This document shows, piece after piece, positions 51,524 to 60,646 of a stretch of DNA of 64,000 bases. The notes under the pieces are model-generated. The model searched no databases. It was not told where the DNA came from and saw only the letters and a list, made by a program, of their open reading frames with translations. Positions within the stretch are counted from its first letter, which is position 1; every line of letters starts with the position of its first letter. This DNA comes from Cyanobacteria bacterium P01_A01_bin.123. Its GTDB lineage: Bacteria > Cyanobacteriota > Cyanobacteriia > Phormidesmidales > Phormidesmidaceae. The stretch covers positions 1 through 64,000 of the forward strand of contig JBCBZT010000015.1 in assembly GCA_039815185.1 (NCBI GenBank), in the 5' to 3' direction. The translations under genes and the position numbers were made by a program.

Positions 51524-51553
51524 TCGAGCAGCGTAACTACTCCCTGATAAGGG

Positions 51554-53854
51554 CTAAGACACAAATACCCAAACCGGAACGCGTTTGTAGGCGGGCGTCC
51601 CCGATCGCGTTTCGATTCGTGCTTTCATCAGCACATTCGCTTCGGGGTAAAACATCAACGCTGCGCCCCGGCGGACATCGCCAAAAATGATTTCAATGTT
51701 GTCGAGCTGTCCCCCATCCCCGCGTACCGAGACCCGCTGATGTTCAGCGAAGTTGGCTGCCGCAGCATCGGCGGGATGCATCAAAATACAGTGGCGGTGG
51801 GGCATACCGCGATATTTGTCGGCAATGCCATAGACTACGGTGTTGTGCTGGGCGTAGCTGCGTCCGGTAATCAACACCAGCACAAGGCCCTTTTCCATAG
51901 GCGTCACACCAAAGTTGGCCGGGGTGGGTAAGGTCAACTCCGGCAGCGGAGTCACGTGCATTTGAGCTTTGCCAGAGGGGGTGGCAAAGTGGGGTTGGGT
52001 AAAAATGCGCCCGTCGATGATGAACTCTTGCTGGGTGTCGTCAATCTGGCCAATTTTGCTGTAGCCGGGAATGGTTTGGGCGATCAGTTGGCGGACGTAG
52101 CGGGTGTCTTGGAGTTTGCGCCAGTCAATCGGCGTATCGCCATGGATGCGATGGGCCAGTTCGGTCAGAAAGGTGACTTCGGCAATCAAGTCAGCCTGTT
52201 TCAGATGGCTTTTGCCTTCGCTGTTGAGCCGCACAAAGTTATTGCCGGACTCGGTAGTGGTTTTGTGGGGATTTTCAAACCGATTCAGCACTGGAATGAT
52301 AATCGTCTGACGTTGGCCCAATCCGTGGAAGTGGCCCAGGTTGGGTTTAGTAGCCAAATAAATCACCGTGTCGATTTTCCCTAGTGCCCGTTTCGCCTGG
52401 GTCAAATCGGGGTTGGCCGCATAGAGGTTGCCGCCCAAACACAGCAGCGTATCAATTTTTCCGGCATCAGCGGCTTCGATCAGGGCGCGGGCATCGTAAC
52501 CCGGTTCTCGGCTGAGCGGTTTGCCCAGCAGGGTTTCTAGGGCTTCGCGAATTTCGGTTTTAAGCCGAGCGGTGACCCCCATGGAGCCAAACCCCTGGAC
52601 GTTGGAGTGACCCCGAATCGGCATTAACCCGGCCCCCACTTTGCCCGCGTTGCCCGTGCAGAGGGCAGTATTGGCGATCGCGAAAATATTGTCCACACTG
52701 TTGGCCTGCTGGGTAATGCCCATGGCCCAGGCAAATACGACTCGGCTTGACTGGTGAATGATCGCTGCTGCCGCTTCGATGTCGGCTTTGTTAACCCCGC
52801 AAGTCTCAACCAACGTGTCCCAATCCATCGATCGGGCTTGATCGAGCACCGCTTGCCAGTTGTCGCAGTGGGCTTGGAGAAAGGCTAAATCGACCCAGTC
52901 GCGTTCAATCAGCGCTTTTTGAATACCTAGGAAAATTGCCACATCGCTACCGGGGATGGGTTGCAAAAATAGATTGGCAATGTCTGACCCCGACAATAAA
53001 GATTTGAGCGGAAAGGCTGGGGAGGCAAACTTGACCAGCCCCACCTCTTTTACCGGGTTGATCACAATAATGCTGCCACCGCGATCGCGAACTTTGATCA
53101 GCTCATTCATCAAGCGGGGATGGTTAGCCGGGGCATTTGAACCAATCAGCACCACACAGTCTGACTGCTGTAAACTTTCCAAACTCACTAAGGAAGTACC
53201 CGTGCCAAACACCTGCTTCAAACTCACCGACGACGGGGCATGGCAGAGATCAGAACAGTCAGCCAGGTTGTTGGACCCCATGGCTCGCATCATCAGTTGC
53301 AGTAGATAGGCTGCTTCGTTAGAGGAACGGCCTGAACTATAAGAGGCAACTCGTTCTGGAGGCTGACGAAACGCGGTTTCGGCAATGGCGTAAATCTCGG
53401 CCCAGTCAATCCGTTGATAGTGGCTTTGGCCTGCTTGCAAAATCACCGGAAAGCTGAGCCGACCCAGACGATCGGCTTCCATTGACGTGAGCTGTTGCAG
53501 GTCTGCGATTGTATGACGATCAAAAAAGTGGTCAGACACAGGCGGCTGTAACTCCGCCATGATGGACTCCACACTCTTCATGCAGCGCTGCATGCTTTCA
53601 CCCACTTCGTTAGTGAACCCCCCCTTTTGCCCGCCCGTACCCCAAGCGCAAGAGAGGCAGGCACTTTTGTGCAGCAGCGTTTGCCACAATTTTGGCCCTT
53701 GGGGCGATAGGGTTTTTTCGGCCCAGTATTGGATGACGGGCAATCCGCCCCCTTTTCCAGGGGTGTTGGCGTTGGGGATATTGGCCTCAGATATTAGGGA
53801 AGGGCTGGGTTCAGAGGGCTGAGAAGATTGGGGCTGGGGAGTGTGATCTGACAT
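51554..53854 (-). CDS. FdhF/YdeP family molybdopterin oxidoreductase
   Basis: CLSCAW, YSSGRSSNE, NNLADCSDLCH and PIRGHSNVQG motifs. Confidence 0.9.
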   Translation of the reverse strand: MSDHTPQPQSSQPSEPSPSLISEANIPNANTPGKGGGLPVIQYWAEKTLSPQGPKLWQTLLHKSACLSCAWGTGGQKGGFTNEVGESMQRCMKSVESIMAELQPPVSDHFFDRHTIADLQQLTSMEADRLGRLSFPVILQAGQSHYQRIDWAEIYAIAETAFRQPPERVASYSSGRSSNEAAYLLQLMMRAMGSNNLADCSDLCHAPSSVSLKQVFGTGTSLVSLESLQQSDCVVLIGSNAPANHPRLMNELIKVRDRGGSIIVINPVKEVGLVKFASPAFPLKSLLSGSDIANLFLQPIPGSDVAIFLGIQKALIERDWVDLAFLQAHCDNWQAVLDQARSMDWDTLVETCGVNKADIEAAAAIIHQSSRVVFAWAMGITQQANSVDNIFAIANTALCTGNAGKVGAGLMPIRGHSNVQGFGSMGVTARLKTEIREALETLLGKPLSREPGYDARALIEAADAGKIDTLLCLGGNLYAANPDLTQAKRALGKIDTVIYLATKPNLGHFHGLGQRQTIIIPVLNRFENPHKTTTESGNNFVRLNSEGKSHLKQADLIAEVTFLTELAHRIHGDTPIDWRKLQDTRYVRQLIAQTIPGYSKIGQIDDTQQEFIIDGRIFTQPHFATPSGKAQMHVTPLPELTLPTPANFGVTPMEKGLVLVLITGRSYAQHNTVVYGIADKYRGMPHRHCILMHPADAAAANFAEHQRVSVRGDGGQLDNIEIIFGDVRRGAALMFYPEANVLMKARIETRSGTPAYKRVPVWVFVS

Positions 53855-54348
53855 GGGGCGATGGACAGAGGGGACATGCTAAACCTTAACGAAGTTTTCG
53901 GCGAGGGAACCGTCCATCAAATAACCAGTCTGATCACCACTACCGGAGAGTACGGTATTAACTCCGCAATCTCCCGGAAACTGCTTTCAAAGAACTCGGA
54001 ATTGCTTAACTTTTATATGTAAATTTACAGGTTTAGAAATATATTTCGATAAAACAAAATGCATAAATAATAAGCGATAAATTCTAATCCTAAATTGAGT
54101 TTTTTCAATAGGTCTAAATACTCAACTTTAAGGCGCTAAATAATCAGCAACATTGTGGACAGTTGCAGAAACTGTCTTACTCCTATGCACTTTTCGCAAT
54201 TCGAGGTAAGAATGGTTAGGGCTGAACAGTTTAGTAGCTGTTACAGGAATTAATGTTCTTGGGCAGACTAATGTAACGCTGAACTTTACCTGAGCTTTAG
54301 CAAACAAACCGTCTTTTTCTTGATTGCTTTAACTGTTTGTTTGGCCCA

Positions 54349-54720
54349 ATGTCTAACGTAGATCTAGTGACTAACCAGTTCTCCAAATCGTCTAGTGTGA
54401 GTGTGATGAACTATTCCCTGTCCGGAACCCTGGGTTCCACCGGAGCGCCACAACGCAGCGAAAATAGCATCCTCAAGTATTTTCGCCGCCGCATCGACAA
54501 CATCTCAATCCACAGCGCCAAATCCGCCCGCTTGTTTGCCCGCTTGATTCCGGGTCAATGCCCCTTTGAGCGCGATATTAAAATCCTTGGTCGCAAGATT
54601 GCCCACATTCCCCCAATGTGCAAGCTCAACCCCCTTTATGAAGAGTTTGTTGGGTTGCGGTTCCGTGCCCTCTGCTACTTGGCTGATACCTGTGGTGAAG
54701 ATATTTCCGCGTTTATCTAG
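54349..54720 (+). CDS. Mo-dependent nitrogenase C-terminal-like domain protein
   Basis: IPGQCPFERDI, HIPPMCKLNPLYE and LRFRALCYLAD motifs. Confidence 0.85.
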   Translation: MSNVDLVTNQFSKSSSVSVMNYSLSGTLGSTGAPQRSENSILKYFRRRIDNISIHSAKSARLFARLIPGQCPFERDIKILGRKIAHIPPMCKLNPLYEEFVGLRFRALCYLADTCGEDISAFI

Positions 54721-54729
54721 ATAAACATC

Positions 54730-54774
54730 CAAATCAAGACCCCAGGGTTTTTGAAAAACCCTGGGGTCTGTCAC
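54730..54774. repeat. 45-bp palindromic repeat, copy A
   Basis: CAAATCA-AGACCCCAGGGTTTTT-G-AAAAACCCTGGGGTCT-GTCAC. Confidence 0.9.
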
Positions 54775-54786
54775 GTCACAGCCAAC

Positions 54787-56910
54787 TCAAAACAACCCCA
54801 AAATCATTGGCAGCAGGGTTTTGCAGGCGGTTGCCAGTTTTGACGCATCGGTGAGGCTTTCGGCAATCGACTTGAGCGTCGTCGTCGCCCGTTTTGCCAT
54901 CCGCTGCATGGCGTTTTCTTTAGGATTACCGCCTGCTTTAGCCAGTTTAGCCACTTCGCCCAGGGCCTCGGCTTTTTCGTCGTCGCTGAGTTCGCTGTCG
55001 GTTTCGACGGCGGCTTTGAGTTGGGTGAGGAGGTCTTTGAGGCTGGGTTGTTCGGGATTGGAGGCAGCGTCGGGGAGTTGGTTGATTTGGTTGGTGACCT
55101 GGCCGCTGATTTCGCCCAGGTTAACCAGGTTGCCTTGCATGTCGCCAGTGTTGACGAAGCTGCCCTCGCCTGTGGTGATGTTGGGGTTGTTGCTTTGGTT
55201 CATGGCGGTGGTATTGACAGTTAGGTTGGGGGACATTGGGCCAAGGCCCAGCATAATCGCTTTAAGATCATCGGCCCGTTTACGTTCACCTTCTAGCAGT
55301 CCTTGGGTTCGTGCTGCTGCCAGCTTGATCGCTTGCCGTTCATCAAAGTCTTGTTCAAATTGACCTTTATCCGTTTCTGGGGGGACGGCCACGGTCAACA
55401 GCACATCCTCACCTTTTTTTTCAAACCCTTGGATGGCATCGGCAGACAAATCGTATCTGGCCATCAACTGTTCCACCGTTTCCTTAAAAATCTGGGGATG
55501 AATCCCCTGGCGAATCAAGATTTGCACGGTGTCGAGCATTTCTTTGAAGAACTTTTCAAAGTCGCCGGGTTGAAAGGTTTTGTCGGGATTGTGGGGGCGA
55601 CGTTCGCGACTGCCTTGGGCGTTGGGGTGTTCGAGCAAATAGACGAACTGGCAATCGACGTCTTTAAGGATTGTGGTGGAATCGATATTCCAGGCTTCGA
55701 GGGTGGCTCCGGTGAGGTGGGCAGCGGTGAAGTCGGTGCCGATACAGTTGGTTTCGGTGAGGTTAGCGTTGTGGAGTTCGGCAGCTTGGAGGGTTGCGCC
55801 TTTGAGGTTAGCGCCTTTGAGGTTGGCGTTGTGGAGTTGGGCACCTGCGAGGTTAGCGCCCCGGAGAACGGCGTTGGTGAGGTCTTGGTTGGTGCCCTTG
55901 AGGGTGGTGAGGAGATTGCGGACGCGGGGATCTTGGAGGTTAGATGTGCCAAGGCAGGCGCGATCGAGGTTTTGGGTGTGGTGCCAGCGGGTATGGGTGA
56001 GGACTGTGGCGCGCTGGCGGGAGTTAGCAAAGTTGGTGCTTTTGAGGGGGGCTTGGGCAAAGGAGGTGGCGGTGAGATCTGCGCCGCTAAAGGTGGTGCC
56101 GCCGAGGGCGGCGAATGCTAAGCCGATGGTGCGAAGATTTTCAAACTTCGGATCACCTCTATGAATACGGCGATTAATATAGATAGAAAGCAATAAACTA
56201 GTGCTAGCCCCAGTAAAAGCGCTAGCGAAAGCGCCAGCGAAAGCGAAAGCGCCAGCAAAAGCAAAAGCAAAAGCGCCAGCAAAAGCAAAAGCAAAAGCGA
56301 CAGCGCCAGCAAAAGCGACAGCAAAAGCGACAGCAAAAGCGACAGCGCCAGCAAAAGCAAAAGCAAAAGCGACAGCAAAAGCGACAGCAAAAGGGACAGC
56401 GACAGCGACAGCAAAAGCAAAAGCAAAAGGGACAGCGACAGTGACAGCAAAAGCAAAAGCAAAAGCGACGCTCCCCAGTGCTTTGAGAGTGAACCCTTTG
56501 CGGGCGAGCGCAAAGAAAACGATGGCAGCCGCAACTAAGCCTGCGATTCCAGCAGCGACAATGCTCGGATCAGAATCAACTAAAGCTGAACCGATAAGCG
56601 CTCCAGCAAGTGCTTGAAGAAACCCAGCCAGGGCTGCAATTATTCCTACCAGTAATAACTGCCCCATACACCATCGCCGCTGTAGCCCTGCCCTGACACC
56701 GCAAAACTTCACCCTCCGCAACGTCGCATCCACAAACCGCGCACTGCGAATATCCGCGCCACTAAAGTCCACCCCAGACAAATCCGCCCCGCGAAAACTA
56801 CAGCCGCGTAAAATCGTGCCGCGAAAGTCACGTTCTCCCGCTGCGTAGAGACGCAATACATCCTTAGCTTTGAGTCGCTGCCCGTGGTACTTGCCCGTTT
56901 CTGCCATCAC
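54787..56910 (-). CDS. pentapeptide repeat membrane protein with (AF/AV)n tract
   Basis: Pentapeptide blocks flank a hydrophobic Ala-rich region; LTGATLEAWNID motif; helical C-terminus. Confidence 0.88.
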   Translation of the reverse strand: MMAETGKYHGQRLKAKDVLRLYAAGERDFRGTILRGCSFRGADLSGVDFSGADIRSARFVDATLRRVKFCGVRAGLQRRWCMGQLLLVGIIAALAGFLQALAGALIGSALVDSDPSIVAAGIAGLVAAAIVFFALARKGFTLKALGSVAFAFAFAVTVAVPFAFAFAVAVAVPFAVAFAVAFAFAFAGAVAFAVAFAVAFAGAVAFAFAFAGAFAFAFAGAFAFAGAFASAFTGASTSLLLSIYINRRIHRGDPKFENLRTIGLAFAALGGTTFSGADLTATSFAQAPLKSTNFANSRQRATVLTHTRWHHTQNLDRACLGTSNLQDPRVRNLLTTLKGTNQDLTNAVLRGANLAGAQLHNANLKGANLKGATLQAAELHNANLTETNCIGTDFTAAHLTGATLEAWNIDSTTILKDVDCQFVYLLEHPNAQGSRERRPHNPDKTFQPGDFEKFFKEMLDTVQILIRQGIHPQIFKETVEQLMARYDLSADAIQGFEKKGEDVLLTVAVPPETDKGQFEQDFDERQAIKLAAARTQGLLEGERKRADDLKAIMLGLGPMSPNLTVNTTAMNQSNNPNITTGEGSFVNTGDMQGNLVNLGEISGQVTNQINQLPDAASNPEQPSLKDLLTQLKAAVETDSELSDDEKAEALGEVAKLAKAGGNPKENAMQRMAKRATTTLKSIAESLTDASKLATACKTLLPMILGLF

Positions 56911-56925
56911 CCCATCACCCCTAGC

Positions 56926-57129
56926 AAAAACCGGGTTTCTGGGGGTACGAGTTAAGCATCCTGACCCAACCCGAGGAGAAACCCGGTTTCTTGGAATATT
57001 GCGTTGCCCTAATTTAAGCCCAAGTTGCGGGAAAGGGGCAAAGGGAACGATTTTGGATGTTGGATTTCAGAAACCGGGTTTCTGGGGTTTCCCCATCCTG
57101 GTCTAACACTGATGGGGAAACCCGATTTC
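56926..57129. repeat. cluster of AGAAACC(C/G)GGTTTCT palindromes
   Basis: Copies at about 56926, 56977 and 57069; degenerate copy at about 57116. Confidence 0.75.
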
Positions 57130-57153
57130 GTTGAACATTTCGAGAATTATTAG

Positions 57154-57198
57154 CAAATCAAGACCCCAGGGTTTTTCAAAAACCCTGGGGTCTGCCAC
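57154..57198. repeat. 45-bp palindromic repeat, copy B
   Basis: CAAATCA-AGACCCCAGGGTTTTT-C-AAAAACCCTGGGGTCT-GCCAC; two differences from copy A. Confidence 0.9.
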
Positions 57199-57206
57199 CT
57201 TGTAGA

Positions 57207-58052
57207 TCACGACTGAATATTTAGCGCCCAGTCGTAGTCCAGATACTTGACTTCGTAATTCCCTTCCCTCAGGTAAGCGGCATCTTCCTCACTGACGTAG
57301 TTCGTAATAAAGTTGAGCACCGCCCGTTCAGCGTCATTCCCCGTAAAGCCTTCGTCAACGCCATAGGTCGGGATCCAATCTTGCCCAAACCAGTTAAAGA
57401 TCATGGAGAGCATTACCTGGTTATTGTCTCGATCAATCTGTAAACCCATGGGGCTGTCGATAAATTTCTGGGATTGATCCTCTAGTTGGGCATCAAGGTC
57501 ATCACCCCGAAAAGGTTCAGCGCGTAAGGGCGGGCAGCTGATGGCGGCACACACTAAGGCAGCATGGATGCGAGGTTCATTATGATTGGCGCGCAGGGTG
57601 TTGTGCTCGATATCATCTAGCGTCTTGGACTGATCAAGCACCGAGTGAGTGGTGATCCGCCATACCCCCAGGATGTCTTTGATGCTGCCCTTGAGCGGCT
57701 CTTGATTGACAATCGACTGGAGCGTAATCGCGTTGTACGCATTCACCCAGTAGGCAATTTGTTCAGCCTCTGTCCAGGTTTCAAAGTCGCTGGGGGTAAC
57801 GGCGGCAAAAGAGGCCACAAAACTATCAAGCTGTTGCCGATTGGCTTGGAGTTGGGCGTAGTCGATCAGACCTTGGTCGTCAACATAGGTCTCTAGCACT
57901 TCTGCATAGTCGTCATAGGTCTCTGGGATGGCAGCGACCTCAGATTGAGATTCGGTTTGAATCGCCTGGTTTTGAGAATTAACCGATGCGACACAACCCG
58001 TCATCAAGGCAATAACGGGTAGCAGCGCTAAAAGAGAAGAAGATTGACGCAT
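57207..58052 (-). CDS. DUF547 domain lipoprotein
   Basis: AYWVNAYNA, TLDDIEH..LR, RIHAALVCAAISCP and YDWALN motifs. Confidence 0.9.
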   Translation of the reverse strand: MRQSSSLLALLPVIALMTGCVASVNSQNQAIQTESQSEVAAIPETYDDYAEVLETYVDDQGLIDYAQLQANRQQLDSFVASFAAVTPSDFETWTEAEQIAYWVNAYNAITLQSIVNQEPLKGSIKDILGVWRITTHSVLDQSKTLDDIEHNTLRANHNEPRIHAALVCAAISCPPLRAEPFRGDDLDAQLEDQSQKFIDSPMGLQIDRDNNQVMLSMIFNWFGQDWIPTYGVDEGFTGNDAERAVLNFITNYVSEEDAAYLREGNYEVKYLDYDWALNIQS

Positions 58053-58167
58053 AGTATTTGACGTTGCCTGGGTTTGCTTAAGCGTTCAAGGGTTAAACAG
58101 GATTTCTAACTGTTTTCATTTCACCAAGCAAACCTGAAAAGTCGCTGAGTTCCCCATGAAAACTACC

Positions 58168-59775
58168 CTAGGAATCGGGTCTTTTGAAGCCTTGATACGG
58201 ATAGCTTTCTAGAGCTGGTCGCTGAGTATCGCGCCATCCTAAAAATGCCAACAGCCCCAGCCCAAAGGGAAGCCACAGCCCCCAGCGTTCTAACGGGCTG
58301 AGGTACCAACTGCCATCACCCAAGACACTGCGATAGGGCAACACAAAGTAAACAAAGGCTGATAGACCCATCAACCGGGAACCCCAGTTGCGGCTGATCA
58401 CCGCAAAGGGCATCAGCCAGGCAAAATACCAGGCATGAATAATCGGCGACAGGGTCAATAGGGCCAGCAGATACCACTCAGCAAACTGCCAAAATGTCTG
58501 GGCCCGCAGCAACAGCCACACCACCGCCAAAGTTAGGGGGAAAGCAAACAACCAGTTTTCCCAGCGGGAGGCGGGCCAAACTTGCTCAACCAAAAACGGG
58601 ATCAGCTCTGCACTGCGACCATAGGCGACAAAGCCAGAGTCGGTAGGCACCAGCGGGCAAGCCGTTGGGGAACAAAAGGGCAGAGCACTGAGCCCGATCG
58701 GCATCAAGCCGCTCAGCAAAACGCCAACGGCAAGCACTGGGCCAAATCGCCGCAGCGATCGCCACACGAGAAACGCCAACACAGGTAGGGATATCCACTT
58801 GACGGCAATGCTGATGCCCACCAAGGCAGCGCTGATTAGCCAACGCCAGGGGTGGGGAGTTGGGGTGAAAGTGGGCGATCGCCCGATGACCTTAAATACA
58901 TTCTGAGCTGCCCCCTTGCTGCCCAAGTCTGGCGGGTTCTGAAGTTCAAAGTCCTCCAAACTTGGGGGATTTAGGGGGCGAATGCAGCGTGCTGGAGGCG
59001 CTTCAAACGGCTTTTGATTAATCAGCGGCTCACCCGTGGATGTCTTAGCCGACATTAATAACACCCCAGCTGCCACCAGGGGGAGTAAAAACCAGCTATC
59101 GTAGTGCCCTCCACTCGCAAAGCTATAAATCACCAGTGGATTCCAAGCATAAAGCAGGGTTGCCCCATAGCCCGTGTAACGACTCAGCACCCCACAAATA
59201 CCCAAATCTGCCGCGACAAACGCCAACTTAAACAGCCAAATGGCTGGCGTCATCATCGCCAACACCCGAAACCCAAACTGAGTCATGGGGGGATAAATCG
59301 CCGACACATCGGGATGGTTGATTTGCGACCACCACTCAGGGCGAAGATTCACCAACTCCCAAGCGTTGGGGGCAAACGCATAGGGGCTAATGCCCTGGGT
59401 TTGTAAGTAGCCTTCCCATAGATATCGCCAAATGTCGCTATTGGGCGCCATCCCGAGCAGCAGCAACCGGGTCAAAACGGCTACGACCCAAAACCAACGC
59501 GCCCCAATATTGCCCATTTGCCAAGACAGGACATATCCCGCCCCCATCACCGCTGCCCCCAGCCAAAATTGGGGAATTGCTTCAGCGTGCCGCAGAAAGT
59601 CGCCGTAGCGCACCATCCACAGCGCCCCGATCAACAGCAACGCTGCACTAAGACTCCGCACTATAGGTTGGGGCAGCCAAGATTGAGGCAGCCAAGATTG
59701 AGGCAGCCAAGATTGGGGTGGCCAGCGCAGCCTTTGCAGACTGCCTGATATGCGCTTAGACACAGATTTATTCAT
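58168..59775 (-). CDS. GT-C-type membrane glycosyltransferase (DUF2029/GT87-like)
   Basis: DIWRYLWEG, SPY..AP, IYPP, YAWNPL, GHYD and HAWY motifs. Confidence 0.8.
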   Translation of the reverse strand: MNKSVSKRISGSLQRLRWPPQSWLPQSWLPQSWLPQPIVRSLSAALLLIGALWMVRYGDFLRHAEAIPQFWLGAAVMGAGYVLSWQMGNIGARWFWVVAVLTRLLLLGMAPNSDIWRYLWEGYLQTQGISPYAFAPNAWELVNLRPEWWSQINHPDVSAIYPPMTQFGFRVLAMMTPAIWLFKLAFVAADLGICGVLSRYTGYGATLLYAWNPLVIYSFASGGHYDSWFLLPLVAAGVLLMSAKTSTGEPLINQKPFEAPPARCIRPLNPPSLEDFELQNPPDLGSKGAAQNVFKVIGRSPTFTPTPHPWRWLISAALVGISIAVKWISLPVLAFLVWRSLRRFGPVLAVGVLLSGLMPIGLSALPFCSPTACPLVPTDSGFVAYGRSAELIPFLVEQVWPASRWENWLFAFPLTLAVVWLLLRAQTFWQFAEWYLLALLTLSPIIHAWYFAWLMPFAVISRNWGSRLMGLSAFVYFVLPYRSVLGDGSWYLSPLERWGLWLPFGLGLLAFLGWRDTQRPALESYPYQGFKRPDS

Positions 59776-60511
59776 GGCCTTGGGACTGTAGACTAAATCG
59801 TCGTCGCAACTGCTGCCAGTAAAGCCAACCCAGGGTGCTCAAGATAATGGTGCCCGCTTGCACACTGCCTTTGAGCGTCCCCGAAATCTTCGAGCGCCCG
59901 CCTTTACGGGGATAGTAGCCCACGGGCAGTTCACAGATGCGGAGGCCACATTCGATCGCTCTAGCCTGCATTTCTACCGTCCAGCCAAAGCCGCGATCGC
60001 GCATCTGAATTCGCCCCAACGCATCTCTTCGAATCAAGCGCAGGGGGCCTAAGTCGTGATATCGATATCCCCAGCCCCAGTGGATCAACGTTGTGGCTAG
60101 GGAATTGCCAAAATTTTGGATCGCCGTCATCACCCGTCGTCCGGCCAGGGTTGCCCGTCGGTTACCCAAAATTAGGTCATAGTGGCGGCGCTGGGCCAAC
60201 ATGGCAGGCACTTGGGCGACATCGTCACTGCCGTCTCCATCGCAAAACAAAATCCACTCGACGGTCTCTGGCAAATCTTGTAAACCGCGCCAGCAAGCTT
60301 GGCCATAGCCCTGCCTGGGTTCAAAAATGACCGTTGCCCCCCCGGCGGTTGCCACCGCACCACTGCGATCGTGGCTGCCATTATCAATCACGCGAATGTG
60401 GGTCAGCCCTAACGTGCGTAGTGCTTGAACCACAGCGCCAATGGTACCCTCTTCATTCAACACAGGAATGATCACGAAGACGTTGTCAAAGCGGTTAGGC
60501 GCTGGGGTCAT
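59768..60511 (-). CDS. glycosyltransferase family 2
   Basis: IIPVLNEE, DNGS.D, GYGQAC, DGDGSD and GWTVEMQ motifs. Confidence 0.92.
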   Translation of the reverse strand: MTPAPNRFDNVFVIIPVLNEEGTIGAVVQALRTLGLTHIRVIDNGSHDRSGAVATAGGATVIFEPRQGYGQACWRGLQDLPETVEWILFCDGDGSDDVAQVPAMLAQRRHYDLILGNRRATLAGRRVMTAIQNFGNSLATTLIHWGWGYRYHDLGPLRLIRRDALGRIQMRDRGFGWTVEMQARAIECGLRICELPVGYYPRKGGRSKISGTLKGSVQAGTIILSTLGWLYWQQLRRRFSLQSQGHE

Positions 60512-60646
60512 AGAATCCAGGGTCAGCTAGTGGAGCTTTGAGCCCGCGAGGTTAGAACCCCTCGCAGATCAAAACACTTCGCAGTAGCCTAATCCAGCCC
60601 TACAACTCATACATTAGAAACAAATTAAACCTGAGAGAGTACAACA

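Noticed and set aside
45083..53854. Selenocysteine recoding in selD or the FdhF-like gene
   Set aside because: Both frames are open with Cys at the relevant motifs; no in-frame TGA.
54349..54720. Evidence of nitrogen fixation
   Set aside because: The domain name is historical; there are no nif genes in the window.
55303..56617. Long antisense or alternative-frame ORFs (poly-AK, poly-L, P/T/S-rich)
   Set aside because: They are by-products of the low-complexity pentapeptide gene.
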